The notes beneath the pieces are model-generated. The model was not told the DNA's origin. It saw only the letters and a list, made by a program, of their open reading frames with translations, and searched no databases. A stretch of DNA of 64,000 nucleotides. Source: a virus. Position numbers and translations under genes: made by a program. The stretch is taken from the UHGV virus genome UHGV-0171999; one strand, 5' to 3'. Below are positions 31,063 through 41,294 of this stretch, in pieces; position 1 is the stretch's first letter; each line of letters starts with the position of its first letter.

Positions 31063-31090
31063 ACAACTATCAACTACGGAGGAACAGAAA

Positions 31091-31618
31091 ATGAACGCTA
31101 AAGATATTTTCAACTTGGTAAATTACAACGATGGTAAATTTAAATCTGAAGCACAAAGCAAGTTCTTTAATGACATCTCAATCGGAGGTGAAATCACTGT
31201 TGATGGAGGACAAATTTACAAATCACGTTGGAATTGGATCGTTATTATCGATGAGATTGGTATTGTAGAAATTTACAAGAATACGAATAAAAATCGTACA
31301 TTACACTGGTCTCGTGATACTAACGAACAGTATAAAAAGGATAAAGCATCTAAATTATCTCGTGTAACTCAAGAAGATATTGAGTTCATCAAGAAAGATA
31401 TTTTAATGTATGATAACTTAATTGCTGAAGAGCAAGCTGTTATTGATAAATTTGATGAGATTAAAGCTTCTCGTGAAATTCCTGATTTTATGAAAGAATC
31501 AGTAAATGAACGATACACTCTCATTTCAGAGCGTATTGAAACTTACAAAAAGCAAAGAGCTGAACGCCAAAATACTCTTCGGAAGTTTGAAGAACGGTTA
31601 AAGACGGTACTCGCATAA
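31091..31618 (+). CDS. hypothetical protein
   Basis: 175-aa ORF. Confidence 0.5.
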   Translation: MNAKDIFNLVNYNDGKFKSEAQSKFFNDISIGGEITVDGGQIYKSRWNWIVIIDEIGIVEIYKNTNKNRTLHWSRDTNEQYKKDKASKLSRVTQEDIEFIKKDILMYDNLIAEEQAVIDKFDEIKASREIPDFMKESVNERYTLISERIETYKKQRAERQNTLRKFEERLKTVLA

Positions 31619-31673
31619 CCGCTTTATACCAAGGATGGTATAATGGTTCTAAGCCCTTTTAATTGAGATTATT

Positions 31674-32081
31674 ATGAAACAGTTGATAATTAAAAGATTG
31701 AATTTATTGATATGTTGTTTATGTGTAGTAGTTGCATATGGTTATTACGCAATTAATGATTATATGCACTATAAAGATTATGATGTTACTGTAGTTAATA
31801 CTATTACAGGAACACAAGGAAAGGGGTCTAGTTTATCGTTTATTGCCGTATATGAACTTAAAGACGATTATAGATTTAGTGAATATATTTCCCCAGAGAT
31901 GTATTCTTCAATAGAAAAAGGTGATAATATTACTGTAAGTTTACGTCCTTTCGACGTAAAACAGACACTGTTTGATAATATTGTTTGGTTCTTTGGAATG
32001 GTATTAGTTCAATCCGTATGTGGCGCTTATGTAGTCTGTTCCATCTTGTTCTGTATATTTAGTAAAATTGAAATTGAGTGA
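31674..32081 (+). CDS. membrane protein
   Basis: 135-aa ORF with N- and C-terminal hydrophobic helices. Confidence 0.45.
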   Translation: MKQLIIKRLNLLICCLCVVVAYGYYAINDYMHYKDYDVTVVNTITGTQGKGSSLSFIAVYELKDDYRFSEYISPEMYSSIEKGDNITVSLRPFDVKQTLFDNIVWFFGMVLVQSVCGAYVVCSILFCIFSKIEIE

Positions 32082-32144
32082 GGAAAATATGTCAGTAGTA
32101 ATTAATAATGTCAATGCAGTAATTAAATCTTTAGTTAATAAAAA

Positions 32145-32978
32145 ATGATGAATGAATGGACTGTATTTCGTCGTGGAGAGCCAGATAAATTTTTTCATAG
32201 ATTTAACTCAACTTTGGATTTGAATGTTATCGACAGAGATGTTCATGCAGAAATTTTAGATAAGTTTAAAGTTGATATTGGATTTGGATTAGAAAAACAT
32301 TTGCAGCGAACAAATGGGTCTGGAATGAGTTTATCTAATCGCATTATGAAAGCCCTTAATAAAATTGGAGCGTTGTCTCGTATTAACGCGAGTGAAATCC
32401 TTCGTAATTATAATAAAGGATATGACCTTTATGGTCGACTAATGCCGAAGTTATCATTTGACCAAATGATTGCAGATTTGTGGGAAAATCAACGACGATT
32501 ATTAGCATTAGGTGCTCGATTAGCTAAAGGTCTAGATAAACAAATGATTTTTAAGACCAATAATACAGAAGACCTTAAATGCTTTAAATTTAGTATTCGT
32601 GGCGATGATTATTACATCAGAGCTCGCTCTACAGATTATGTTAATATGGGTCATCATCTCTGTTTAGCCTTTGAAGTTTTAAAAGAAGCTGGAACACTAG
32701 AATATTCATCTGGTGCAAAATGCCCTATTGGCTCAAGTTGTATTTTAATTTATCGCCCGAATGAATCCAGTTCAACTACATTGCCTACGAAACCTGTACC
32801 AGTTCGTAGTAACGAAAAACATTCTGAACAAATTGATTATTTTAATAAGCAAATTGAAGAGCTGAATATTTCTATTCAACAATATGATGATGAAATTTTC
32901 AGACTATCTGGACTGAGTAGTAAAGCTAAATCTGAGCGTGAAAAGTTAATTAAAATTGTTGATTTACTTAAATCTTAA
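32145..32978 (+). CDS. hypothetical protein
   Basis: 277-aa ORF; C-terminal coiled coil. Confidence 0.5.
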   Translation: MMNEWTVFRRGEPDKFFHRFNSTLDLNVIDRDVHAEILDKFKVDIGFGLEKHLQRTNGSGMSLSNRIMKALNKIGALSRINASEILRNYNKGYDLYGRLMPKLSFDQMIADLWENQRRLLALGARLAKGLDKQMIFKTNNTEDLKCFKFSIRGDDYYIRARSTDYVNMGHHLCLAFEVLKEAGTLEYSSGAKCPIGSSCILIYRPNESSSTTLPTKPVPVRSNEKHSEQIDYFNKQIEELNISIQQYDDEIFRLSGLSSKAKSEREKLIKIVDLLKS

Positions 32979-32986
32979 GGAACACC

Positions 32987-33334
32987 ATGAAAACTCGTTC
33001 TCAAATTGAAGATATGGTTCGTAATGCCAGCTATACTCGTGATGTTATGACATTTTTGTGTCAAAATAATTTAGACCCTGATAAAGTTAATCGTGATATT
33101 CACTTTAAATATATGAATAGCAGTGAATGGTTACGTCATTTTAGTAAAGCGGGGTATATTACACAAATGACTGCTCGTGAGCAGCTCACCGATTTCTGTA
33201 AAACTATTGATTATAAAAATCCTCTATTTGTTCAGGCGTTGGTCAGAGTAAGGTTGATTTATCATCTGGATTTTTTAATCCAAATCATTATCGTATTGAA
33301 TGGAGATTTATTGCTCTATTCCGTAAACAATTAA
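32987..33334 (+). CDS. hypothetical protein
   Basis: 115-aa ORF. Confidence 0.4.
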   Translation: MKTRSQIEDMVRNASYTRDVMTFLCQNNLDPDKVNRDIHFKYMNSSEWLRHFSKAGYITQMTAREQLTDFCKTIDYKNPLFVQALVRVRLIYHLDFLIQIIIVLNGDLLLYSVNN

Positions 33335-33417
33335 AGCAAATTTTATCAACTGCGAGTCGATTAAAAGGTTCTGATATTAACTTAAAGAACCTGAAATTTG
33401 ATGGTTATACTCTTCAG

Positions 33418-34317
33418 ATGGAAGTAAGACCATTAAAAGAAAATAATAGAACTGCACGAATTAGCTTTAAACCTAATACAAAAAATTCTCTTTCAATTTG
33501 CGAATGCCTTAAATCGCAGTTGACAGAAGCATTTAAGTATATGGATGTTGTTGCCGCTGTTCAGTCTAAGATTTTACCTCGTTTTGAGCGATTTAAATTA
33601 GACACAACAACATATGAACTTGATATGATCGTTTCATTTAAATACGATTTTTTGAGAAAGGATGAAGTCCCGCAAGAGAAAAAGCAGGAAGTGCAAGATA
33701 ACTTAAATTTAAATTTATCTAATTACTCATCAAACGATCCTAAATTTTGGATGTATAGTTCAGGTAATGAGGATGCATGGAAATTCAATAAAGTGAATAT
33801 GCTTTTTAAGCATGCTCGCAAATTATTTACCGCGGGTGATGACCGTACAAATACAGTTCATGTTAAGGACTGGGTTATTGCTGATGAAGTAACACATAAG
33901 CCAGGTGGTTCATCAGTGTTAATTAATATCCAGGTTCCTTATTATTACTCACGTAATCTCGGCACCATGAACTCTAGAGAAATTAATAAGCACAACAAAA
34001 CTATTCGTTCGTTGTCTTATAAACTCCGCATGATGTTAAAAATCATGGACGTAGTGGAAATGTATGACGAAACCGAAGATAATGGTTCAATGTTATACAG
34101 CTCACGCATTCTAATTAAACTGAAGAACCCTAATACATACAAGCCAGTTGTAAAAGAACCTAAAGTAGAAAAGGTTGATAACCTGAGCGAAGAACGCGAA
34201 TATCTTAATGCTCGCTTAATTGAAGTTGAAAAACAGATTGAAGAGCATACTAAAGTTCTTAAAGATTTAACTGCCAAAGCAAATGGTTTACGTAATGCTA
34301 TTGAGGTATTAAAATGA
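33418..34317 (+). CDS. hypothetical protein
   Basis: 299-aa ORF; C-terminal coiled coil. Confidence 0.5.
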   Translation: MEVRPLKENNRTARISFKPNTKNSLSICECLKSQLTEAFKYMDVVAAVQSKILPRFERFKLDTTTYELDMIVSFKYDFLRKDEVPQEKKQEVQDNLNLNLSNYSSNDPKFWMYSSGNEDAWKFNKVNMLFKHARKLFTAGDDRTNTVHVKDWVIADEVTHKPGGSSVLINIQVPYYYSRNLGTMNSREINKHNKTIRSLSYKLRMMLKIMDVVEMYDETEDNGSMLYSSRILIKLKNPNTYKPVVKEPKVEKVDNLSEEREYLNARLIEVEKQIEEHTKVLKDLTAKANGLRNAIEVLK

Positions 34318-34631
34318 AAAAGCGTCTATTAGAAGATATTGCAGCTTCAAGTAATTCCAGTCTAATTAAAATTATTATGGCTGGTGAAGAAGACGATCTA
34401 GAAATGCGTGGAAAGATTCATGGTTGTGACGATCTAGACTTTAAACCTCCTGCTTGGGATGCCATTATGGTTATGGTTGAACGCCGCGAAAGGGCTTCTA
34501 AGAATGTTCCAAACTGTCCAAAGTGTGGTACTGAACAGGTACAATTAGTTCATTGGCAGACTAGTAATCTTCGTTATAAATGTCGTTATTGCAAACACCG
34601 ATTTAACCGAGAAGAAAATGACCAAGCGTAA
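34314..34631 (+). CDS. zinc-ribbon protein
   Basis: CPKCG-x17-CRYCKH motif; ATGA overlap. Confidence 0.45.
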   Translation: MKKRLLEDIAASSNSSLIKIIMAGEEDDLEMRGKIHGCDDLDFKPPAWDAIMVMVERRERASKNVPNCPKCGTEQVQLVHWQTSNLRYKCRYCKHRFNREENDQA

Positions 34632-34869
34632 AGAATATATGAAGACTGCTGAAATGGCAGTCCGCGAATTAGCAATAGCTTATTATTATGAACATGGTAA
34701 ATTTCCTGATAGATACAGCGTGCTTAAATCTGCTTTAACTCGTTCATATAAAAATATGCTATCAGAAGTAAGTGATATTATATACAAACATAAAGAACAA
34801 ACGGGCCAAAGTCTTGATTATGACGAGACTTTTAAACAAGTACTAGGAATTAAGGAATATTATGTTTAA
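34618..34869 (+). CDS. hypothetical protein
   Basis: 83-aa ORF. Confidence 0.45.
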   Translation: MTKRKEYMKTAEMAVRELAIAYYYEHGKFPDRYSVLKSALTRSYKNMLSEVSDIIYKHKEQTGQSLDYDETFKQVLGIKEYYV

Positions 34870-35125
34870 GGTATATGGTTATGATAGCAGCATCCATAAA
34901 TGTGTGTATTGCGATAATGCAAAACGTCTTTTGACTGTAAAGAAACAGCCGTTTGAATTTATCAACATTATGCCGGAAAAAGGTGTTTTTGATGATGAGA
35001 AAATCGCTGAGCTTCTGACGAAACTAGGTCGTGATACTCAAATTGGTTTGACGATGCCACAAGTATTTGCTCCTGATGGAAGTCATATTGGTGGATTTGA
35101 CCAATTGCGGGAATACTTTAAATGA
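34862..35125 (+). CDS. nrdC: glutaredoxin (thioredoxin) NrdC
   Basis: [24 protein letters not shown]...; CxxC motif; matches recalled T4 NrdC, 87 aa. Confidence 0.9.
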   Translation: MFKVYGYDSSIHKCVYCDNAKRLLTVKKQPFEFINIMPEKGVFDDEKIAELLTKLGRDTQIGLTMPQVFAPDGSHIGGFDQLREYFK

Positions 35126-35337
35126 TGCTCGAAGGAACTGATTATATCCATGACTACCGCGGAAGCGCGGTATATGTAGGTGATGAGGTTGCAGTTTATT
35201 ATGGATATGGAACTTTGATGACAGCAAAGGTTATTCAAATTAAAAATAATCGTGCTAAACTCGAAGTTTATTATTCTAACGGTGAAAAGTCTATTTCTAA
35301 ATGGAAATATGGCGATTGCATGGTCAAACTGGGGTAA
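35122..35337 (+). CDS. hypothetical protein
   Basis: 71-aa ORF. Confidence 0.45.
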   Translation: MMLEGTDYIHDYRGSAVYVGDEVAVYYGYGTLMTAKVIQIKNNRAKLEVYYSNGEKSISKWKYGDCMVKLG

Positions 35338-35339
35338 AT

Positions 35340-35510
35340 ATGATTTACGATATTAGTGCATCAAGAACTCCGTCAATGGTTACTATTCCTGCTGAAGAAT
35401 TAGATCGTCTTCAGAAAATTGAAGAACTTCTTTGGGAAATTGAATCTGATTTGCCATCAGGATTAGAATCCTGGATTGATTATGAAGAACTTAATAAATT
35501 GCGAAATTAA
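35340..35510 (+). CDS. hypothetical small protein
   Basis: ORF 35301-35510 with Met at 35340. Confidence 0.4.
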   Translation: MIYDISASRTPSMVTIPAEELDRLQKIEELLWEIESDLPSGLESWIDYEELNKLRN

Positions 35511-35520
35511 TTGGTGAAAA

Positions 35521-35841
35521 ATGAATATTGAAAATAAATTAGATATTGATGCAGTTCTGAGTGAAATCATCGAAGACCATGATGCATTTTCAGAAAATTA
35601 TGATTTCGATTTTTCGGATTATCTTAAACCTATCGAAATAGAAGACTGGGTACAAGATGGCAAATGCCAATATCGCCAGTGTGTTTATTTTAGTCCAAAA
35701 CACAATGTACATGTTTCCGTAAATGAATGCCGTTCAGGTTCTTACCATTCTGACTGGTATTATGCAGTTCCGACTGTTGAACTAGTCGAGCCCCGTGAAC
35801 GTGTAGTAACTCAGACAGTACGAGAATGGATTACGCTATAA
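35521..35841 (+). CDS. hypothetical protein
   Basis: 106-aa acidic ORF. Confidence 0.45.
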   Translation: MNIENKLDIDAVLSEIIEDHDAFSENYDFDFSDYLKPIEIEDWVQDGKCQYRQCVYFSPKHNVHVSVNECRSGSYHSDWYYAVPTVELVEPRERVVTQTVREWITL

Positions 35842-35964
35842 AACCTTGGTGGGCGGCTAGATGGGAAACAGTAGAGCCAGAGCCGGAAGAACCGGTTTAC
35901 ACTGATGAAGAAACAGTATATAATGAACCAACGATAAATGACTTAATTGATATGGAGATGGGAC

Positions 35965-36411
35965 ATGATTACAGTAGATAAGTGGTTTAGAATTAATCGT
36001 GCTGATACAGGGCTGTGTAATTACTGGCCGGAACTTAGTGCAGGTACTGTCTTTAAAGTTCGTGAACTTGTAAAAGAATGTGAAGATGATATAGAACCTG
36101 ATACTGGAATTATTGAAATTGAACTTTCTGATGGAAAGATTATTAACATCTACGATAAGCCAATTACGTATTGGTGCTTATGGAATACTGAATCAGTAGA
36201 AAATGGCGAAATTGAAGAAGTTGTAGAACGAACTAGTCAAGATGTTCAAATACCTAAAGCCGCTTTTCAAGGTGAACGTATTTCATATGCATTAGCTAAA
36301 GTGTCATTAAAAAAGGATATTGATGATTATGAAGGAAATTTAATGCAAGCCGCGGCAGAATATATTGAATGGCTTGAAACTCAAATTTCTTTTTCTGACC
36401 GAGCGTTTTAA
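35965..36411 (+). CDS. hypothetical protein
   Basis: ORF 35947-36411 (TTG in track), first ATG at 35965. Confidence 0.45.
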   Translation: MITVDKWFRINRADTGLCNYWPELSAGTVFKVRELVKECEDDIEPDTGIIEIELSDGKIINIYDKPITYWCLWNTESVENGEIEEVVERTSQDVQIPKAAFQGERISYALAKVSLKKDIDDYEGNLMQAAAEYIEWLETQISFSDRAF

Positions 36412-36425
36412 TACTTGAAATAATA

Positions 36426-36456
36426 AATACCCTTATCTATTCAAGGTAAGGGTTTT
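36426..36456 (+). promoter_or_regulatory. RNA hairpin immediately upstream of gene 49
   Basis: 9-bp stem acccttatc/ggtaagggt with 7-nt loop, followed by a U-rich tract and the gene 49 start. Confidence 0.4.
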
Positions 36457-36459
36457 ATT

Positions 36460-36933
36460 ATGTTATTGACTGGCAAATTATACAAAGAAGAAAAACAAAA
36501 ATTTTATGATGCACAAAACGGTAAATGCTTAATTTGCCAACGGGAACTAAATCCTGATGTTCAAGCTAATCACCTTGACCATGACCATGAATTAAATGGA
36601 CCGAAAGCTGGAAAGGTGCGTGGATTGCTTTGTAATCTGTGTAATGCTGCGGAAGGTCAAATGAAGCATAAATTTAATCGTTCTGGCTTAAAGGGACAAG
36701 GTGTTGATTATCTTGAATGGCTAGAAAATTTACTTGCTTATTTAAAATCCGATTACACCCAAAATAATATTCACCCTAACTTTGTTGGAGATAAATCAAA
36801 GGAATTTTCTCGTTTAGGAAAAGAGGAAATGATGGCTGAGATGCTTCAAAGAGGATTTGAATATAATGAATCTGACACTAAAACACAATTAATAGCTTCA
36901 TTTAAGAAGCAGCTTAGAAAGAGTTTAAAATGA
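36460..36933 (+). CDS. 49: endonuclease VII (Holliday junction resolvase)
   Basis: 157-aa ORF MLLTGKLYKEEKQKFYDAQNGKCLICQREL...; zinc motif; matches recalled T4 gp49. Confidence 0.9.
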   Translation: MLLTGKLYKEEKQKFYDAQNGKCLICQRELNPDVQANHLDHDHELNGPKAGKVRGLLCNLCNAAEGQMKHKFNRSGLKGQGVDYLEWLENLLAYLKSDYTQNNIHPNFVGDKSKEFSRLGKEEMMAEMLQRGFEYNESDTKTQLIASFKKQLRKSLK

Positions 36934-38747
36934 CAATTGAAAAAGAAATTGAAGGATTGATTCATAAAACTAATAAAGACCTTTTAAACGAGAATGCTAA
37001 TAAAGATTCTCGTGTTTTTCCAACTCAACGGGACCTTATGGCTGGTATTGTGTCTAAACACATTGCCAAAAATATGGTCCCGTCTTTTATTATGAAAGCG
37101 CATGAAAGCGGAATTATCCATTTCCATGATATTGATTATTCCCCTGCTCTTCCATTTACTAATTGCTGTTTAGTAGATTTAAAAGGAATGCTTGAGAACG
37201 GGTTTAAGCTCGGTAATGCACAGATTGAAACTCCTAAATCAATCGGCGTTGCTACTGCAATTATGGCACAAATTACTGCACAGGTTGCTTCCCATCAATA
37301 CGGTGGAACGACTTTTGCGAATGTAGATAAAGTACTTTCTCCTTATGTTAAACGCACCTATGCAAAACATATTGAGGATGCAGAAAAATGGCAAATCGCT
37401 GATGCGTTGAATTATGCCCAATCTAAAACAGAAAAAGACGTATACGATGCATTCCAAGCTTATGAATATGAAGTAAATACTCTCTTTAGTTCAAACGGAC
37501 AGACTCCTTTTGTAACAATTACATTTGGTACGGGAACTGACTGGACTGAACGAATGATTCAGAAAGCAATTCTGAAAAATCGCATTAAAGGTCTCGGTCG
37601 TGATGGGATAACTCCTATTTTTCCTAAGCTCGTTATGTTCGTTGAAGAAGGTGTTAATCTTTATAAAGACGATCCGAACTATGATATTAAGCAGCTTGCT
37701 CTAGAGTGTGCAAGCAAAAGAATGTATCCTGATATTATTTCAGCTAAGAACAATAAAGCTATCACCGGCTCATCTATTCCTGTTTCTCCAATGGGTTGTC
37801 GTAGTTTCTTGAGCGTATGGAAAGATTCGACTGGTAATGAAATTCTTGATGGACGTAATAATCTTGGTGTTGTAACACTGAATCTTCCTCGTATTGCGTT
37901 AGATTCTTATATTGGAACACAATTCAATGAACAGAAATTTGTTGAGCTATTTAATGAACGAATGGATCTGTGTTTTGAAGCATTGATGTGCAGAATTAGT
38001 TCCTTAAAAGGAGTTAAAGCGACTGTTGCTCCTATTCTTTACCAAGAAGGTGCATTCGGGGTTCGTCTTAAACCTGATGACGACATAATTGAGTTATTTA
38101 AAAACGGTAGAAGTTCAGTGTCCCTAGGATACATTGGTATTCACGAATTGAATATTCTTGTCGGTCGTGATATTGGACAGGAAATTTTAACTAAAATGAA
38201 TGCTCGTCTTAAGCAGTGGACTGAAAGAACCGGTTTTGCTTTTAGCTTGTATTCTACTCCTGCTGAAAACCTTTGTTATCGCTTCTGTAAACTTGATACT
38301 GAAAAATATGGAAGCGTAAAAGATGTTACTGATAAAGGTTGGTACACTAATAGTTTCCATGTTTCAGTAGAAGAAAATATTACTCCGTTTGAAAAGATTT
38401 CTCGCGAAGCCCCATATCATTTCATTGCAACAGGTGGTCACATTTCTTATGTTGAACTTCCTGATATGAAAAATAACTTAAAAGGTCTTGAGGCTGTATG
38501 GGATTATGCTGCACAACATTTAGATTATTTTGGCGTTAACATGCCAGTAGATAAATGTTTTACATGCGGAAGCACCCATGAAATGACTCCAACCGAGAAC
38601 GGATTTGTTTGTTCTATTTGTGGAGAAACTGATCCTAAAAAGATGAATACCATAAGAAGAACATGCGGATATCTTGGAACTCCTAGCGTTGTTCCATGGA
38701 ATTTAGGTAAAATGAAAGAAATGGTAAAACGAGTAAAACATGCATAG
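36930..38747 (+). CDS. nrdD: anaerobic ribonucleotide reductase large subunit NrdD
   Basis: 605-aa uninterrupted ORF; C-terminal glycyl-radical and zinc region CFTCGSTHE...RRTCGYLG. Confidence 0.92.
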   Translation: MTIEKEIEGLIHKTNKDLLNENANKDSRVFPTQRDLMAGIVSKHIAKNMVPSFIMKAHESGIIHFHDIDYSPALPFTNCCLVDLKGMLENGFKLGNAQIETPKSIGVATAIMAQITAQVASHQYGGTTFANVDKVLSPYVKRTYAKHIEDAEKWQIADALNYAQSKTEKDVYDAFQAYEYEVNTLFSSNGQTPFVTITFGTGTDWTERMIQKAILKNRIKGLGRDGITPIFPKLVMFVEEGVNLYKDDPNYDIKQLALECASKRMYPDIISAKNNKAITGSSIPVSPMGCRSFLSVWKDSTGNEILDGRNNLGVVTLNLPRIALDSYIGTQFNEQKFVELFNERMDLCFEALMCRISSLKGVKATVAPILYQEGAFGVRLKPDDDIIELFKNGRSSVSLGYIGIHELNILVGRDIGQEILTKMNARLKQWTERTGFAFSLYSTPAENLCYRFCKLDTEKYGSVKDVTDKGWYTNSFHVSVEENITPFEKISREAPYHFIATGGHISYVELPDMKNNLKGLEAVWDYAAQHLDYFGVNMPVDKCFTCGSTHEMTPTENGFVCSICGETDPKKMNTIRRTCGYLGTPSVVPWNLGKMKEMVKRVKHA

Positions 38748-39570
38748 GTATTATATAATTTATAAAATAACAAATATAATTAATTCAAAGGAATATATCG
38801 GTGCGCATAGCACCGATAACATAAATGATGGTTATATGGGGTCAGGAACATTGATTCGTGCCGCTTTATTAAAATATGGTAGAAAAAATTTTAATAAAGA
38901 AATTTTACATGTTTTTGATAATGAAAAACAAATGTATGATAAAGAAGCTGAACTTGTAACCGAAGAGTATTGTCTAAAAGAAAATACATATAATATTAAA
39001 CCCGGTGGAAAAGGTGGAACTGCGTATGAACAGACACTTGAACATCGCCGCAAAAATAGTTTAGCAAATAAAGGTAAAAAGAGAACAGAAGAAACTAAAA
39101 TAGCTATTTCACGTGCTTTAAAGAAATATAAACGTACGCCAGAGCATCAAGCAAATTTAAATAAAGCCGTAAGCATAGCTATGAAGCGAAAAGATGTTAG
39201 AAGTAAATTAGCTGGAGAGCGGTCTGAGAAAGATAAATTATCTATATCAAACGGTGTTAAAAAATATTACAATTCTTTGAGTGAAGAAGAACGCGAACTT
39301 CATCGCAAGCGAATTATTGAAGGTAAAAAGAATTCTCCCATGTCATTGGAATCTAGACAAAAGCTTTCAAAAGCTTTAAAAGGACTTCAAGTTGGTTCAA
39401 AAAATCCAATGTATGGAAAAATTTCTCCAACTAGCAAAACCGTTTCAGTTGACGGTATTAAATATGATTCAATTAAAAAGTGCTCAAATGCAATAAAAGT
39501 TTCTAGACATCTTATACTAAAACGCTGTAATTCTACTGATGAAGCTTGGAAAAATTGGATATTATTATGA
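38740..39570 (+). CDS. free-standing GIY-YIG homing endonuclease (Seg-like)
   Basis: N-terminal YIIYKITN...EYIGAHS GIY-YIG module; C-terminal basic repeats resembling NUMOD3-type DNA-binding motifs; overlaps nrdD stop and nrdG start. Confidence 0.8.
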   Translation: MHRYYIIYKITNIINSKEYIGAHSTDNINDGYMGSGTLIRAALLKYGRKNFNKEILHVFDNEKQMYDKEAELVTEEYCLKENTYNIKPGGKGGTAYEQTLEHRRKNSLANKGKKRTEETKIAISRALKKYKRTPEHQANLNKAVSIAMKRKDVRSKLAGERSEKDKLSISNGVKKYYNSLSEEERELHRKRIIEGKKNSPMSLESRQKLSKALKGLQVGSKNPMYGKISPTSKTVSVDGIKYDSIKKCSNAIKVSRHLILKRCNSTDEAWKNWILL

Positions 39571-40037
39571 ATTATGATAGATTTTATCCCTGCGATTTTG
39601 TGAATGGCCCTGGATGCAGGGTTGTTCTTTTCGTTACGGGGTGTTTGCATAAATGCGAAGGGTGTTATAATAAATCAACGTGGAATGCTAGAAATGGCGT
39701 TCCATTCACTGGTGAAACACTAGAACAATTAATTGAATGTTTGAATAATGATTATATAGAAGGATTAACTATAACCGGAGGTGACCCTCTTTATCCTGAT
39801 AACAGAGACGTGATTCACTCTGTGGTTCAAACTATTAAAAATCTTTATCCAAATAAAAGCATTTGGTTGTGGACAGGATATAAGTTTGAAGATATTAAAC
39901 AACTAGAAATGCTTAAATATGTTGATGTTATTATTGATGGGAAGTATGAGAAAAATCTTCCGACCAAAAAGCTGTGGCGAGGATCAGATAATCAGCGACT
40001 TTGGTCAAATACCGATGGGGTGTGGAAACATGATTAA
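39567..40037 (+). CDS. nrdG: anaerobic ribonucleotide reductase activating enzyme NrdG
   Basis: MNYDRFYPCDFVNGPGCRVVLFVTGCLHKCEGC radical-SAM cysteine motif; start at Met 39567 within ORF 39546-40037. Confidence 0.85.
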   Translation: MNYDRFYPCDFVNGPGCRVVLFVTGCLHKCEGCYNKSTWNARNGVPFTGETLEQLIECLNNDYIEGLTITGGDPLYPDNRDVIHSVVQTIKNLYPNKSIWLWTGYKFEDIKQLEMLKYVDVIIDGKYEKNLPTKKLWRGSDNQRLWSNTDGVWKHD

Positions 40038-40127
40038 ATTGAATTATATTATGGACACTATAAATGATATGATTTTTCATTTTGGTCCAGAATTTTATTC
40101 GCAATATAGTTTAGTGCTTATCAATGC

Positions 40128-40364
40128 TTGGTTAATCAATTAAGGGTAAATATGTATAAATTTCGTAAAGGTTTAGCTGATTTTCTTACAACCGTAACAT
40201 TCTTTTTGTTTATGGCAGTTGGAGCTATTTTCCTTATTCCTTTTATTGCTATATTTTTCGTGATTAGTTTGATTTCTCCAGAAAAAGGACTATCTTCTAG
40301 TGAGTTCAATGAGCGTCTGGATAAAATTACTAACAAGCTGAATGCTGCTCTTAGTAAGGAATAG
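40128..40364 (+). CDS. small membrane protein
   Basis: 78-aa ORF with a hydrophobic helix. Confidence 0.4.
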   Translation: MVNQLRVNMYKFRKGLADFLTTVTFFLFMAVGAIFLIPFIAIFFVISLISPEKGLSSSEFNERLDKITNKLNAALSKE

Positions 40365-40366
40365 TT

Positions 40367-40675
40367 GTGAAACAAAACAAGATTGAAGTCTATGGAATTC
40401 CAGATGAAGTAGGTCGTTGTCCTGGATGTCAATCAGTTACAAAACTTCTAAAGGAGCTCAATGCTCCTTTTACTTTCTATAAAGTTCTTACAAATAATGG
40501 TAAGATTGAGTATGATCGTCCACTGATTGTATCTCTTGCTAAACGAGCTGGATTCACATCTCTTAACATTCGTTATCCAGTCATTTTCATTAATGATTCT
40601 AGACAAAAGAACATTAAACACTTCAAAGAAACTCTCATTTCACTTGGATATGATAGAGATATCATAGAAGACTAA
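40367..40675 (+). CDS. nrdH: glutaredoxin-like protein NrdH (apparent GTG start)
   Basis: CPGC redox motif; position after nrdG. Confidence 0.65.
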   Translation: MKQNKIEVYGIPDEVGRCPGCQSVTKLLKELNAPFTFYKVLTNNGKIEYDRPLIVSLAKRAGFTSLNIRYPVIFINDSRQKNIKHFKETLISLGYDRDIIED

Positions 40676-40678
40676 GAC

Positions 40679-40700
40679 GGGCCCTCTGGGCCTTTCTTTC
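40679..40700 (+). terminator. GC-rich hairpin plus T-rich tract
   Basis: ggccc-tct-gggcc followed by tttcttt; approx coordinates. Confidence 0.45.
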
Positions 40701-40771
40701 TAACATTCTGTATATTACCATTCTAACTATCGTTCCCTTCTTATCATTCCCTAAAATAATTTCACAAAGTT

Positions 40772-40801
40772 GTTTACAAGAAGTTCAAACTGTGGTATTA
40801 T
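40772..40801 (+). promoter_or_regulatory. early promoter
   Basis: GTTTACA, 17 bp, TGgTATTAT. Confidence 0.55.
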
Positions 40802-41000
40802 TAACATATGAATTGCCTTTGAGGATTTGATATGGTTGATAAAGAGATTAAAAAGGATCAGTATTATCGTGTTAACGGACATATTGTTATTGTTACAACA
40901 GTAGATGATTTAGATGTTCATTATACTGTACTTAAATGGAATAAACATATGATTTGTGATCGTGCTGTATTTAGTTCAGTTGCTAAGGAAATTAAACTTC

Positions 41001-41294
41001 ATGGGTAAAACGTATCGTCGTAAAGACTTAAAAGTGCGTGATTATGACTATTTCGGAAAGCGTAAAGCTCCTGATGGTGTAAGTCATAAAGATATGGTTG
41101 AAAACATTTTTCGCTCTGATAAATGGCGTAGAATGAAAGGCATTGATTCAGAAGTTAAAGATGAGTTAAATCGTCAATTACGTGGTGAAGTAAGAAAGTT
41201 GAAAAAATCAGTTTACATTGACGATGATTTTGATTACAATACTTCTCAACGAGTTGCTAAGCGTAAATCAAACGAGTGCTATCGTTACAGCTGA
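41001..41294 (+). CDS. hypothetical basic protein
   Basis: ORF 40956-41294, probable start at Met 41001 (MGKTYRRKDLK). Confidence 0.4.
   Translation: MGKTYRRKDLKVRDYDYFGKRKAPDGVSHKDMVENIFRSDKWRRMKGIDSEVKDELNRQLRGEVRKLKKSVYIDDDFDYNTSQRVAKRKSNECYRYS

Noticed and set aside
36930-38747. Possible group I intron with I-TevII in nrdD
   Set aside because: The nrdD reading frame is continuous for 605 codons with no interruption, so no intron is present in this allele.
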